From the sequence record OQ383623.1: a DNA stretch of 64,000 nt, one strand, 5' to 3'. Shown piece by piece: positions 15,358 through 25,431 of this stretch. Made by a program: the position numbers and the translations under genes. How positions within the stretch are numbered: the first letter of the stretch is position 1; each line of letters begins with the position of its first letter. The notes beneath the pieces were generated by a model. It was given only the letters and a program-made list of their open reading frames with translations. It had not been told where the DNA came from and did no database searches.

Positions 15358-17871
15358 TTAACCCTTGATTATCAGATACTGATTAAGCTGCACTTCGCCA
15401 TTCAGATAACGTTCATTGACGCGGTCTAAGAAGGCAAAGCCAAGTTCGTTGATTTCTACCGTTTCGTATTTCACATGCGGATGCAGTTTCACAAACGCTT
15501 TATCGTAACCGATGTAGGCCGGGTCAAACGGGAGGAGGTCTTTATAACGCTCCATGATATCATCCAGCTGTGACGTCGAAATACGATACTCTGGATCGTC
15601 TTCCCGTAGAATCAGAATACCTTGTAAGTAGTCCCACAAGATTTTGTTCAGGGTTGGCGAGTAGAGATGATACAGATACGGCAACGGTACCGGGTTAACC
15701 GGCGGTGGTGTTGGGAACCAGTTAGACAAATAAGCCTCAACGCGTGTGTCCAAATCGCGGGCAGTGTCGCGCAACTTGTAAGTATCGCCGCTTACCAACG
15801 TCCGCAACGGAATAGTCGGATCGTCGACTGAGTACGGGAAGCCGTCTTGTACGATATCGACACCCACAGTGTTGTCTTCACGGAACACGACTTCATCACG
15901 CAGTAGCAGTGAACCACCACCCACAACACGAATTACTTTGTCATCACGACAATCAAATTGGTTGTTGTTAGACAGCAGACCGCTTGACACGAAACCGTGT
16001 TTAGGAATACGGAGTTCACCGGTCACCCCACGGCAACGCACTGAGATTTTGTTTGTATCTCCGTCTGCCATCCATGCCTTACAGACCACCACAATTTCCG
16101 GCCAGCGGGTGTGGTAATCGATACCATGTACCAGCGGGTGATTGTTCAGCCACACTTCAACCGTTTCCATTGGTAGCCACAGTGTGCGCTGTTGCCCGTC
16201 TTGGTTGCGTGCCACAATCGGAATACGTATCTGCCCTTCCGACACTTTAACTTCCACTTCGAAGAACAAATGGAAGTCATCGTAAATCACGGTCGGGTGA
16301 CGTCGCGTCCGATCCACAGTCCATGTAATTTTGTTCCCGTCACGGGTATAATCCGTTCCTTCCTCTGCTTTGTAGTAGTCATTGGTCGGAACTTCCCCGA
16401 TGACCATTCGAATCCACAGCCCAACGTTTGAACCTGGCTCAATTTCAAAGTCAGGAGCGTTGTCAACAATCTTCACCGCGTCTGAGACTTCGCCTGCGAT
16501 AGCCTCGATGATGCGTGCTTCTGGATTGCGTGGGATGTAAACATCGTAGCCAGCGTTACGGTGATGCTCTAACAGCAACCCATCGGCATCGTACTCGTAT
16601 ACAGTTGACAGCGTTGCCAGTAAGTCGGGCAGAGTACCGCGATAACCGCCGGATGTAAGTTCCAGACGCTGTGGAGTGTCGGCACTATAACGCGCTGCGG
16701 CATTGTAACCGTAGGCATCCGTACAGAGGTCACGGGTGATGTTCCGAAGTTTAGCTGCGGCTAACCGATTTGCTGCCGATTCTTCGAGCGCGGCTGCGGT
16801 CCACTCCGGTACGTTGGAGTTTGCCCCCACCATCGCACCGATGATTTGCTCGTCGTTAAGACGATACAGGTCATGGGTGTGGGTGGAGTTATACAGCGGC
16901 TTCAGGTCAAGGAAATCGTCGCGTATCAATAAACGAATCGTCAAATCGTCAATATCGTTCATTGGGTTAGTAAAGGTCGTGCGGTATTTCGAAATCCTCA
17001 TCGAAGGAATCGATAGATCGTTCCACGTTAACTGACGAACATCCTGATGACGATGACGATGGTAATAACGCCCTTCACCTTTCCACAGCAACTGAATTTC
17101 ACAGTCGTTGTTGAAAATCCAAATGCCGTCACCTTTCGGAATATGCAGCAGGTATTTTCGTGTTTGGTCGAGCGTTGAGTAGAACGTTTGCAAATCCCCA
17201 CAACGGTATTCAATCACACGACGAATGCGGCCGTCAACACGGATTTCAACATCGTCCCACGCTTTGATATCCGCAGGCTTAGGATCGGCGATCAACTTCC
17301 CGTTTACCCAGAAATCGACATAGCCGTTTTTCTGGCTTTTCAACAGATTATAACGGTCTAAGACGATTTGAATCTGTTGTGGGTTCGGCGGATTATACGG
17401 TTCGATAAATGTCGGTTTAACAACAGGAGCGTTTTCGCCGCCGTCATTACCCGCATAAATGCGTAGGTAACATGGCGCGTCGTCTAACCATTTGTAACGT
17501 TCTGACTGTGGAATTGCCATGTAAATTTGGCCAGAGAGTGTCCGCCAGAAATACACAGAATTCGACGGGATAATTGTCCCATCCTCGTTATACACCTGCA
17601 TCCACGCATGGAAGTTATTTACACACGTAGTAAGTTTCTTCCAGCGCTCAGGAGGGATGCTCAAGTTGCCGTAGTTGAGGTGGAGCTTGTCAATTACAAA
17701 CGCGTGCCACCACCCCTCGCCCGGTAAAGGAATCGGATTACGCCCGTGCTTGAAAAACCCGATCGCTCCGGTCTTTTCAGTTAATCGAAAAGGCGCAATG
17801 TTCAACACCCCATCGAGGTACGGACGCTGCCACGCATTTTTAACGGCGTGAGCGACCAGCCAGTTCTCCAT
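15358..17871 (-). CDS. Virion structural (baseplate) protein, phiKZ gp27-like
   Basis: 837 aa; synteny. Confidence 0.65.
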   Translation of the reverse strand: MENWLVAHAVKNAWQRPYLDGVLNIAPFRLTEKTGAIGFFKHGRNPIPLPGEGWWHAFVIDKLHLNYGNLSIPPERWKKLTTCVNNFHAWMQVYNEDGTIIPSNSVYFWRTLSGQIYMAIPQSERYKWLDDAPCYLRIYAGNDGGENAPVVKPTFIEPYNPPNPQQIQIVLDRYNLLKSQKNGYVDFWVNGKLIADPKPADIKAWDDVEIRVDGRIRRVIEYRCGDLQTFYSTLDQTRKYLLHIPKGDGIWIFNNDCEIQLLWKGEGRYYHRHRHQDVRQLTWNDLSIPSMRISKYRTTFTNPMNDIDDLTIRLLIRDDFLDLKPLYNSTHTHDLYRLNDEQIIGAMVGANSNVPEWTAAALEESAANRLAAAKLRNITRDLCTDAYGYNAAARYSADTPQRLELTSGGYRGTLPDLLATLSTVYEYDADGLLLEHHRNAGYDVYIPRNPEARIIEAIAGEVSDAVKIVDNAPDFEIEPGSNVGLWIRMVIGEVPTNDYYKAEEGTDYTRDGNKITWTVDRTRRHPTVIYDDFHLFFEVEVKVSEGQIRIPIVARNQDGQQRTLWLPMETVEVWLNNHPLVHGIDYHTRWPEIVVVCKAWMADGDTNKISVRCRGVTGELRIPKHGFVSSGLLSNNNQFDCRDDKVIRVVGGGSLLLRDEVVFREDNTVGVDIVQDGFPYSVDDPTIPLRTLVSGDTYKLRDTARDLDTRVEAYLSNWFPTPPPVNPVPLPYLYHLYSPTLNKILWDYLQGILILREDDPEYRISTSQLDDIMERYKDLLPFDPAYIGYDKAFVKLHPHVKYETVEINELGFAFLDRVNERYLNGEVQLNQYLIIKG

Positions 17872-17881
17872 AGTGGGCCTC

Positions 17882-18787
17882 TTACTTGATGTTCAGTGGT
17901 TTGGTGTTTTGATTCAACAGAAGGTTGTAAGTGAATTCAAACTTATCGCGTTTCTTAGCGGTGTCTGACTTCTTCACAATCCCACCTAACCGACTGCGGT
18001 TAAACATGTTATTATCCAGACAAGCCTTAATCATAACGAAGAGGCTAGGCGGATATTCGATGGCGCTAGTAGCGAGTTGTTTTTCATAACTCACCCCGAA
18101 GAAGCTGGTATTCAACATCTGCTGCAGAGACAGAATGCTCAGGTCACGCACACGCGGAGTGATATCTGCAGCCTGCACCATTTCGACGAATTCTGCGATA
18201 TTACGCGGGAAAAGATATTCTGTGTGGCCTGTCACCGATTCAAACAGTTCCGCAGGTAAGCCTAATTGCTGCTCCAACATCTGCTGCAAACGTAACGCTT
18301 TCACGTCATCTTCAACGTGGTTATAGAACTGCCCCACTGAGAACAATGCAGCCAACGCTTTGATTTGCCCACTTTGATATGGAGCAAGTGCAAACGTGTG
18401 GGTAATCGCATCCGACACCCATTTGCTGAAAATCTCATGGTGGTAGGGCATCTGTGCCATCAGTGCAGCAAGCTTACCATTACTCCGTTTCCACACCAAT
18501 TCCCAGCGAGCCTGGTCGAGACGCAATGCGTGTTCGACTGGGTTTCGTATTTTTAGCTCGTTGGTCTTATCCAGCGTGGTAAACGTGGCTGCGTATACAT
18601 AAACGTCGTCGCCGATAACAATCGGCAAAGGAAACGGTTTTACATCAGCGGTCTCAACAACGTAATGAACTTCATCGGACTGCGCGACAGTTTGGTTAAG
18701 TTTACGGGCTAATTCCAGGTCTGCCTTGGTGCGAGTAAGGTCAAGTGCATTAAAGGGATTACCGCTGTAAGCGTTTTCGAGTGCCAT
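17882..18787 (-). CDS. Virion structural protein, phiKZ gp28-like (start ATG 18787, MALENAY)
   Basis: AAGGA SD before 18787; the longer ORF-track start overlaps the sheath gene and is rejected. Confidence 0.65.
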   Translation of the reverse strand: MALENAYSGNPFNALDLTRTKADLELARKLNQTVAQSDEVHYVVETADVKPFPLPIVIGDDVYVYAATFTTLDKTNELKIRNPVEHALRLDQARWELVWKRSNGKLAALMAQMPYHHEIFSKWVSDAITHTFALAPYQSGQIKALAALFSVGQFYNHVEDDVKALRLQQMLEQQLGLPAELFESVTGHTEYLFPRNIAEFVEMVQAADITPRVRDLSILSLQQMLNTSFFGVSYEKQLATSAIEYPPSLFVMIKACLDNNMFNRSRLGGIVKKSDTAKKRDKFEFTYNLLLNQNTKPLNIK

Positions 18788-18844
18788 GAGTATGATCCTT
18801 AGTATGACCATCAGGTCTTTAAGACGAATATATGGAGACGTTCC

Positions 18845-20890
18845 ATGACTTTTATTCCACGAAACGGCGCGCCGTTGAATAACAAGCAAGGTTGGCAGGA
18901 TAACTCTGTCCCCGAGCTTGTGCGCACCCCTACGGGTGACGCAATTCATAAGCCGCTGATCTTCACCTTTGCCGCGCGCGGGGTAGACAACGAGGCGTTC
19001 CCGTTAACCGGGGATAATGCACTGTCTCTGCTTGGTCGCAATGTCTTTGACTTGCGAGGCCCCTACGCGACGTTCAACACGCCCTATCAGGCGATGTTCA
19101 ACGCTAACGCAAACGAGTGTATGTATCAGCGCTTGATCCCTGAAGATGCGAAAACCGCAAGTGTTCGCGTATTCGCCGACGTACTCGAAACGAAAGTTCC
19201 GTCCTACGAACGCGACAGCAACGGGATCGTTCAGTACGACAACTCGGGCAAGCCCAAGATCAAAGAACAAGTTGACGGTTTGGTAATCGTCTTCCGTTCT
19301 GTCGTAATCGACGAAACTACCCCGGCCATCGGCGCAGGTGTGGTTATCGAAGGGACGATGACTGGCGAAGGCGGCACGAAATCGAAGCTGTATCCGTTGT
19401 TCGATATCGCAGGCCCGTATGCGGGTGCTGACGTCAACGGTTTCGGTTTCAAACTGATCCCACTCAGCGAGAAATCCAGCCCGGCTCTGACCTCCTCCTA
19501 TCAAAATGAAGTCGGTGGTCGTGTTTACAGTCTGCAATGGTTCGAAACCCTGGCAGGCGTGACTTCTCCGGTAGTGTGGAAAACTCTTACTGGCATGAGT
19601 AGCATCAATTTTAGCTTTAAGCCCGATGCATACTATCAGCCGATGAGAACGCAACTCGACTTCGAAGTTGTTGTTGCGGATGCATATCGTCAGACGATGC
19701 CTGACGTTGGCGAGCTGCCAGATTATGGTCCTTTCGAGCAGTTCTATCTGTATCGCGAGAACCTGGAAACTGTACTGGGCTTGGCTCAGGCTGCTATCAC
19801 AACCGATGCGCCTGCTGACCCGTATATGGTTGACATCTTTGGCGGCTATGATTTACTGGGCCAGCCTTACGATGGTCTTCAGGTGAACCCGGCTACTGAA
19901 ACCGGTAAAGTTGTGTTCTCCGCATCCAACATCCACTACCTGCAAGGTGGTAGCGATGGTACCATGAACAACGATGTTTACGACGAACTCGTTCGCCGCG
20001 AAATGTTGCTGTTCCCGGATGGCGGTAAAGTCCGTTACGACAACGAGCTGAAATACTCGCTGGGTTGTTTCTGGGACTCTGGCTTTAGCTTCGATACTAA
20101 AGCTGCGCTCGTGAACTTCATCGGTCGTTCACGTAACACCTTCTTGACGCTGGCGACTCACGTTCACAACCAAGGTCGTAACGATGAGCAGACAGAAGAA
20201 AGTGCAAAAATCGCCCTGATCGAATTGATCACTGCGGTACCGGAATCTGCCTATTACGGCACTCCGGCTGCACGCGGTATGGTTACCGGCCAATCGGCGT
20301 TCATCAAGAACTCTTCCTACAAGAAGCCTGTTCCGATGAACTACTCCCTGGCGAACTTCTTCTCGAAGTACCTGGGTGCTGCCGATGGTCGTGCAAAACC
20401 GGCTTATCGTTTCAGCCGTGGCGAACTGACGATTATCGAAGATTTGACTGACCTGAGTATGCCGTGGAAAGGCAACGAAGTGTATGCGTCTGACTGGGAC
20501 GTGTCGCTGATCACTGCCCGCTCCTACGACTACTATCGTCTGTTTATTCCGGCGATTCAGTCAATCTACAGCGAAGATCGTTCTGTGCTGAACAACGCCC
20601 TGTTCAACTTCATGATGACCTACGTCTATCGTGTTTCCGACCGTGTATGGGCGGACATGTCTGGCGAAGCGGCCATGACGGATGATGAACGTGCGAAGAT
20701 GATTGAGAACAAAATTATCGAACGTCTGGAAGGCCGTCTCGATAACGTTGCTGTCGTCACTCCGAAGGCGTACTTCACTGCAGACGATAAATCCAATGGT
20801 TACTCTGTGACGCTGGACCTGATCGCTGAAGGCGGTGTGCTGCTCACCCAGTTCAACACCACTATCAAAGTTTACCGTCGGGAGAGCTAA
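18845..20890 (+). CDS. Tail sheath protein
   Basis: 681 aa; YLQGGSDG and FWDSGF motifs; phiKZ gp29 position; strong codon bias. Confidence 0.9.
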   Translation: MTFIPRNGAPLNNKQGWQDNSVPELVRTPTGDAIHKPLIFTFAARGVDNEAFPLTGDNALSLLGRNVFDLRGPYATFNTPYQAMFNANANECMYQRLIPEDAKTASVRVFADVLETKVPSYERDSNGIVQYDNSGKPKIKEQVDGLVIVFRSVVIDETTPAIGAGVVIEGTMTGEGGTKSKLYPLFDIAGPYAGADVNGFGFKLIPLSEKSSPALTSSYQNEVGGRVYSLQWFETLAGVTSPVVWKTLTGMSSINFSFKPDAYYQPMRTQLDFEVVVADAYRQTMPDVGELPDYGPFEQFYLYRENLETVLGLAQAAITTDAPADPYMVDIFGGYDLLGQPYDGLQVNPATETGKVVFSASNIHYLQGGSDGTMNNDVYDELVRREMLLFPDGGKVRYDNELKYSLGCFWDSGFSFDTKAALVNFIGRSRNTFLTLATHVHNQGRNDEQTEESAKIALIELITAVPESAYYGTPAARGMVTGQSAFIKNSSYKKPVPMNYSLANFFSKYLGAADGRAKPAYRFSRGELTIIEDLTDLSMPWKGNEVYASDWDVSLITARSYDYYRLFIPAIQSIYSEDRSVLNNALFNFMMTYVYRVSDRVWADMSGEAAMTDDERAKMIENKIIERLEGRLDNVAVVTPKAYFTADDKSNGYSVTLDLIAEGGVLLTQFNTTIKVYRRES

Positions 20891-20893
20891 TAG

Positions 20894-21769
20894 ATGGCAA
20901 TCAAAGATCGTCTCATTTTGCCTGATCAGGGTCTGCATGTCGACGGCGGCAAGTACGATATGGTCAACGCGTTCTCCTCGGGTCAAAACGGCCCGGTTGG
21001 ACAGGTTGGCAAGTTCGTTACTAACGCCAGCCGTCTGCGTCGTAACGTCATTGCGCGTGTCATGGAATTCCCTCGTTGGGTGGATTACATGCCGAACCCG
21101 CAAATGTGGCGTCAGGCTATCAAGTCCTTTATCGAGGTTCACTCCGAGATTACTGGCCTGGATAAAACCCTGAGCCATGCGGCTGTTGAAACTCAACAGG
21201 GTCGTAACAACCGCACCCAGTATGAAGCTGGTCTGGTAACGGAAGCACTGTCCTCTGTTACCTTCACCACCCCGGATAAACTCGGGAAGGTGTACCAGAA
21301 CATGCTGTGGGCGTGGCTGGTTTACGGTGTTTGCGATCCCCAGACTGGTCACCCAGGCCTGGCCGCAATCAACCCGAACGTTCCTGACCACCTGCCGGAT
21401 ATGTACAGCATGACCGTGCTGTTCATCGAGCCGGATGCGTATCAGCGTAAACCGCAGAACGCGTGGTGGTTAACGAACATGATTCCGGAAACCGCTGGCC
21501 AGGATATCGGTGAGCGTGAAACCAACACCGGTCCGCAGATTAACGAACTGTCAATCGCCTTTACCTCCCAGCAATGGACAGGTTGGGGTCCGATGCAGGC
21601 TGCTGCGAAAGAGCTGGATCGTATGAAGCTGTACGGCCTGCGTCCTTACGAACGCAAACTGTGGCTTACTCCGTCTCAGCAGACCGATGGTATCAACCCG
21701 GACGTCAACGCAACCCCAGGTGGCTACAACTCTGTCTCCGACGAGCAGATGGCCAACCAGATGCGCTAA
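20894..21769 (+). CDS. Tail tube protein
   Basis: 291 aa directly after the sheath; phiKZ gp30-like (YSMTVLFIEPD, AWWLTNMIP). Confidence 0.85.
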   Translation: MAIKDRLILPDQGLHVDGGKYDMVNAFSSGQNGPVGQVGKFVTNASRLRRNVIARVMEFPRWVDYMPNPQMWRQAIKSFIEVHSEITGLDKTLSHAAVETQQGRNNRTQYEAGLVTEALSSVTFTTPDKLGKVYQNMLWAWLVYGVCDPQTGHPGLAAINPNVPDHLPDMYSMTVLFIEPDAYQRKPQNAWWLTNMIPETAGQDIGERETNTGPQINELSIAFTSQQWTGWGPMQAAAKELDRMKLYGLRPYERKLWLTPSQQTDGINPDVNATPGGYNSVSDEQMANQMR

Positions 21770-21771
21770 GA

Positions 21772-21827
21772 CAAAAAAAAACAAGCGTTACCTCTCTCCA
21801 AATGGAGAGAGGTACGTTTTATTTTTT
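21772..21827. terminator. Bidirectional terminator
   Basis: TACCTCTCTCCA/TGGAGAGAGGTA stem with flanking A- and T-runs. Confidence 0.85.
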
Positions 21828-22397
21828 CGGTTGGCCAGCATCGATCTCACGCTGCGCATTGGCACGAATCAGCAAGTTCTTGATTTGCAGCAATAATAGA
21901 TAGGTTACGAGCACATCGAATTCAGACGGCGGTTGAACATCGCCCAAGTCGGGGTGGGCAATCTTCCAGAGAGACATCCCGTCTTTATAACCTTGTCCTG
22001 ATTCTGCCGCGAGAATGTCGTTGGCGGACATGCTAATGAGTTCGTGTTCCAGCCGACGGAGTACATCGTCACCCAGCTCTACTTGCAACAGGCACTTAAA
22101 GCGGATGATAAAGCCCGCGATAATACGACCGCTACTACCTTTGGTGATCGTGTCGAGAAAACGTTGGTAGCCGTTGATGGTGTGCGGAATAATCTCAACC
22201 GGATATTCGGCAATGGTTTCGAAAGCGTCTTCCAGTATAGCTTTCATGGACAACGTAAACACGTCACCGATCTGATTGATGTGGCGTATGATGTCTTCAC
22301 GTTTCATATCGGACGGAATCGGCTTGATATCATCCTGACCGAGAGTATTAAGTTGCTTCATTGTAGCTCCAAAATCAAAAAAAAATAGGGCAGTCAT
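21819..22397 (-). CDS. Hypothetical protein (likely start MKQLNT)
   Basis: Helical ORF; GGAG SD before the internal ATG. Confidence 0.65.
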   Translation of the reverse strand: MTALFFFDFGATMKQLNTLGQDDIKPIPSDMKREDIIRHINQIGDVFTLSMKAILEDAFETIAEYPVEIIPHTINGYQRFLDTITKGSSGRIIAGFIIRFKCLLQVELGDDVLRRLEHELISMSANDILAAESGQGYKDGMSLWKIAHPDLGDVQPPSEFDVLVTYLLLLQIKNLLIRANAQREIDAGQPKK

Positions 22398-22416
22398 AAG
22401 ACCACCCTATTGATTA

Positions 22417-22620
22417 CTACTTCCGACCGTATAGCGAAGCAAGCCCTTCTAACTTCGGCGGCCTCGGCATAGGTTTAGGGAAGGTAACGGTAAGACCGAT
22501 TTCCTCGTGTGGCGCAATGGTACCATCCCAACGTAACCCAGTAGCCGGATTCACATTAGGATGGCACTCCACTTTAGCCCCGAGTAGCTCAGCGAGTTCC
22601 TTTGGGCTGGACGGAATCAT
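22417..22620 (-). CDS. Small hypothetical protein
   Basis: 67 aa, translationally coupled to the upstream gene (TAATG). Confidence 0.55.
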   Translation of the reverse strand: MIPSSPKELAELLGAKVECHPNVNPATGLRWDGTIAPHEEIGLTVTFPKPMPRPPKLEGLASLYGRK

Positions 22621-23108
22621 TATTCGTCGTCTTCGTCTTCTTCATCAGTTGCCATCATGGATTTGGCAAACTCTTTACGCAGCTTGCCTTCCAACGCTTT
22701 AGACTTCGGAGAACCGAAACCGTAAGAGATGGACGCCGCCCATTCTTTCTGAGTTGGGTTTTCAGTAACCGGACGAGAGAACACGGTAGAGAATGCCGCG
22801 TTACCGATATCCAGCGTTAAATCCAGTGCACCGACATCGCTGTCCGCTTTTGCACGTTCGGCAATCAGACCACCGGCAACACCACCAAACAGTTCAGTGA
22901 AGTTTGCGTCGTGCTGACGCAGCGCATCCGCATCTTCCAGCGTGAAACGATAGTCCACATCGCCCACTTTCGTTACCGGCAATGTGTCAGCATAAATCTT
23001 AACCAGCGGGTCAGCATTCAGCGCCAGGTCTTCGGACAGGGTTGCCGCCGGAGTGTCCAGTTCAGCGATCAGTTTGTGCAGTGCTTTCATTGAAGTTACT
23101 TCAGCCAT
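22620..23108 (-). CDS. Hypothetical protein with acidic C-terminal tail
   Basis: 162 aa, AAGGA SD, strongly biased codons, ends DEEDEDDE. Confidence 0.75.
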   Translation of the reverse strand: MAEVTSMKALHKLIAELDTPAATLSEDLALNADPLVKIYADTLPVTKVGDVDYRFTLEDADALRQHDANFTELFGGVAGGLIAERAKADSDVGALDLTLDIGNAAFSTVFSRPVTENPTQKEWAASISYGFGSPKSKALEGKLRKEFAKSMMATDEEDEDDE

Positions 23109-23134
23109 CTTAATATTCCTTAAGGTCAGTGTGA

Positions 23135-23806
23135 TTAATCGTGAGAAAGACGAGCTTCGAGGTCGTCGATAATGGTATCTGTGAAATAGTTAATATCTAA
23201 CTGTTCCACGAAATCCCTGCGTTCCAGAATGCGCTCTGCGAAGAGCGTGCCGTACCAGCTAGGGACGTTACTAACACCGTTGCGTCCGAATTTCTGTTGG
23301 ACGTGACCAACGGCATGGAATTTTGCATCGCCCTTACTTTTACCTTGTTCACGGGCAAACAGATAAGAACGGTGCATGTAATTGCTCACGTCATCTACAG
23401 ACGGTATACCACGGTCAGCGGCGGCAACTATCTCAGAGACAATCCCGTTGTAGTTCCCTTTGTGAGAACTGCGGTGTTCTAAGACTGCATGGGCAATCGT
23501 CAAACATTCATCATCGGTAAGTTTATACTTACGTTTGAGCACTGGCTTGTTATCCAGTATCCAGCTATACCCTTTGATGTGGTGCGACGCACGGTCTTCT
23601 TTGGTAGAGAAGATATCGTGAGCTGCCACCGCAATCAGTATCAGCTTCAGGTGTTCGGTTTGCCCAAGCATATACGCGATACGAATCGCATTTGATTTAA
23701 CTGAGTTGATGTGATCCATGCGATGCGCACTATCGGTATAACGATAGAAGTCGCGGAATTGACGAACCAGTTTTTCCCAAAGTTTGTTGAGTTCAGTGCC
23801 CTGCAT
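23135..23806 (-). CDS. HD-domain phosphohydrolase
   Basis: H...HD...HH...EH...D motif set (AHRMDH, AAHDIF, SHH, LEHR, AAADR). Confidence 0.85.
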   Translation of the reverse strand: MQGTELNKLWEKLVRQFRDFYRYTDSAHRMDHINSVKSNAIRIAYMLGQTEHLKLILIAVAAHDIFSTKEDRASHHIKGYSWILDNKPVLKRKYKLTDDECLTIAHAVLEHRSSHKGNYNGIVSEIVAAADRGIPSVDDVSNYMHRSYLFAREQGKSKGDAKFHAVGHVQQKFGRNGVSNVPSWYGTLFAERILERRDFVEQLDINYFTDTIIDDLEARLSHD

Positions 23807-23840
23807 GTAAATATTCCTTACGGTAATGGTCGATTAACTA

Positions 23841-24230
23841 CTACGAGAAAGTGTGATAACAACGTGTCAGCGTAACCTTCACGTTATCAGACTGGTCTTC
23901 GTTGGTATACACCACCGGCCAGATAATGTTATCAGACGAAAGCGCCTTTGATAACCCTTCAATCAATTCCTTCATTGAGGTTCCCTTCAGCCGATGGGTC
24001 GTACGCCACCTGTGTGACGTCATACGGCTATAAACCACCATATCTGGTGTAAGGGTACTACTTTCCTCTTTAATCTCCTCTAAACGCTTCTCCTCGCTTT
24101 CTACGAAGCTTAGTAAAGCATCCGGATTTCGAACAAACTCACCGAAACGATCGTCTCGGCGTAAGCCACAAAGAACCCATAGCGTGAATGGGTCTCTGCA
24201 CGCATCTACTAACCCCTCTGCGATTTTCAT
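23841..24230 (-). CDS. Hypothetical protein
   Basis: 129-aa ORF with AAGGA SD. Confidence 0.65.
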   Translation of the reverse strand: MKIAEGLVDACRDPFTLWVLCGLRRDDRFGEFVRNPDALLSFVESEEKRLEEIKEESSTLTPDMVVYSRMTSHRWRTTHRLKGTSMKELIEGLSKALSSDNIIWPVVYTNEDQSDNVKVTLTRCYHTFS

Positions 24231-24284
24231 TTTATTCCTTCCTACACAGTCAAAGGATTTGTACGATTCGTGATTTTTGAGAGA

Positions 24285-24683
24285 TCAGATTAGTTGCTCA
24301 GCGCGCAAACGTTTCAAAGTGTTCGTTGCTGTAACAAGAACATCTTGCAGTTCTTGCAACGCTTCGCCAGCAAAGAACGCTTTAAGATGCAGGTCGCTAG
24401 TGATGAGTCCGCCGTATTTGTACGGTAGGTCTGTAATATCGCAGACGATGGGATTTTTTGCTCGCCACTCTTCATCAGCAACGAGAATAAGAAACTTCCA
24501 GGCGTCTTGATTGCCGAGCGATTCACCGGTTTCTGGCTTGTAGAGTTCTTTTAAACGTTTATCGCGCTCGGAGATAAGGTATTCGTCATCAGTCAACAGA
24601 CGAATTAAATCAGCTTCGTTGCTCTCGGCTTTAGCACAAAGCATCATGGCAACAAACGGGTCTTGGCGTAGTTGGTTAGTCAT
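24285..24683 (-). CDS. Hypothetical protein, probable early gene
   Basis: 132-aa ORF with AAGGAG SD; early promoter upstream. Confidence 0.7.
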   Translation of the reverse strand: MTNQLRQDPFVAMMLCAKAESNEADLIRLLTDDEYLISERDKRLKELYKPETGESLGNQDAWKFLILVADEEWRAKNPIVCDITDLPYKYGGLITSDLHLKAFFAGEALQELQDVLVTATNTLKRLRAEQLI

Positions 24684-24742
24684 TGTAAATACTCCTTCTG
24701 GGTAATAGTCGATTAAAGCGTTAACGTGTAACGCTCACCTAA

Positions 24743-24768
24743 GTAATATATATCTCAGTTCTTTTTGA
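24743..24768 (-). promoter_or_regulatory. Early-type promoter
   Basis: TCAAAAAGAACT-GAGATATA-TATTAC. Confidence 0.65.
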
Positions 24769-24782
24769 ATGCAATTAATAAA

Positions 24783-24820
24783 TTAAAAAGGCTCACCCGT
24801 ATCCGAAGATAGGATGAGCC
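24783..24820 (-). terminator. Intrinsic terminator
   Basis: Imperfect GGCTCA...TGAGCC stem, TTCG loop, T-run. Confidence 0.65.
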
Positions 24821-24829
24821 TAGTGGAGT

Positions 24830-25423
24830 TTAGACTTGCAGTAGTGTCCCCGAGTGACTAATCGGGTCATTGTAGAACGCTTCACACTGGAGGCAAATGC
24901 CATCAATGTTCGGTTCTTCAGTTCGCGACCATATCGCCGCGCCACCTTGCAAAATCCATTCTCGACAGTTACGACCATAATCGTCGACAAGCAAATTACC
25001 TCGCGAGGCGTAAGCTTTCTTCTGCCCTGAACTTTCGGTGACGATGACTTTGTCAGCTGGTACCCCAAAGTGCTTCATGAACCACCGTTGTTTTGAATCC
25101 ACAACCAATTGGTGGTCGTAGTGATCTTCTGACCCAGAGGTGAGTATTGCCCAACTGTCGCAAAGTCTATCTACCGTTTCCAGGATTCGCTCTACACCCT
25201 CAATTGGTTCGAGTTTGTAAAACAAGTCAGGATCGTTCTGATACATCGAACGAACCAAACTACGACGACGGAGTTCAGGTAATGCGTTAAACTCTTTAAT
25301 CGTCATTCCGGGAAAATGTGTGGATAAAACGTATTTACGCCAGCGTGCAAAAACGCCATCGCTATCCAGATAAAACATTTTCTTGTCCTTATTTTGTTCC
25401 CCAACACATGAAACCAACGTCAT
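24830..25423 (-). CDS. HAD-family 5'(3')-deoxyribonucleotidase
   Basis: FYLDSDGVF motif I and LLVDDYGRNCREW motif IV. Confidence 0.85.
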   Translation of the reverse strand: MTLVSCVGEQNKDKKMFYLDSDGVFARWRKYVLSTHFPGMTIKEFNALPELRRRSLVRSMYQNDPDLFYKLEPIEGVERILETVDRLCDSWAILTSGSEDHYDHQLVVDSKQRWFMKHFGVPADKVIVTESSGQKKAYASRGNLLVDDYGRNCREWILQGGAAIWSRTEEPNIDGICLQCEAFYNDPISHSGTLLQV

Positions 25424-25431
25424 GTAAAAAA

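Noticed and set aside
18788-18949. N-terminal extension of the gp28-like ORF in the ORF track
   Set aside because: It overlaps the sheath gene on the other strand; a good SD exists at ATG 18787.
19004-21391. Long antisense ORFs 19004-19654 and 20561-21391 opposite sheath/tube, and similar ones opposite the RNAP and tape-measure genes (30447-31301, 36556-37104)
   Set aside because: Expected shadows of strongly biased codon usage on the coding strand; no SD or recognisable motifs.
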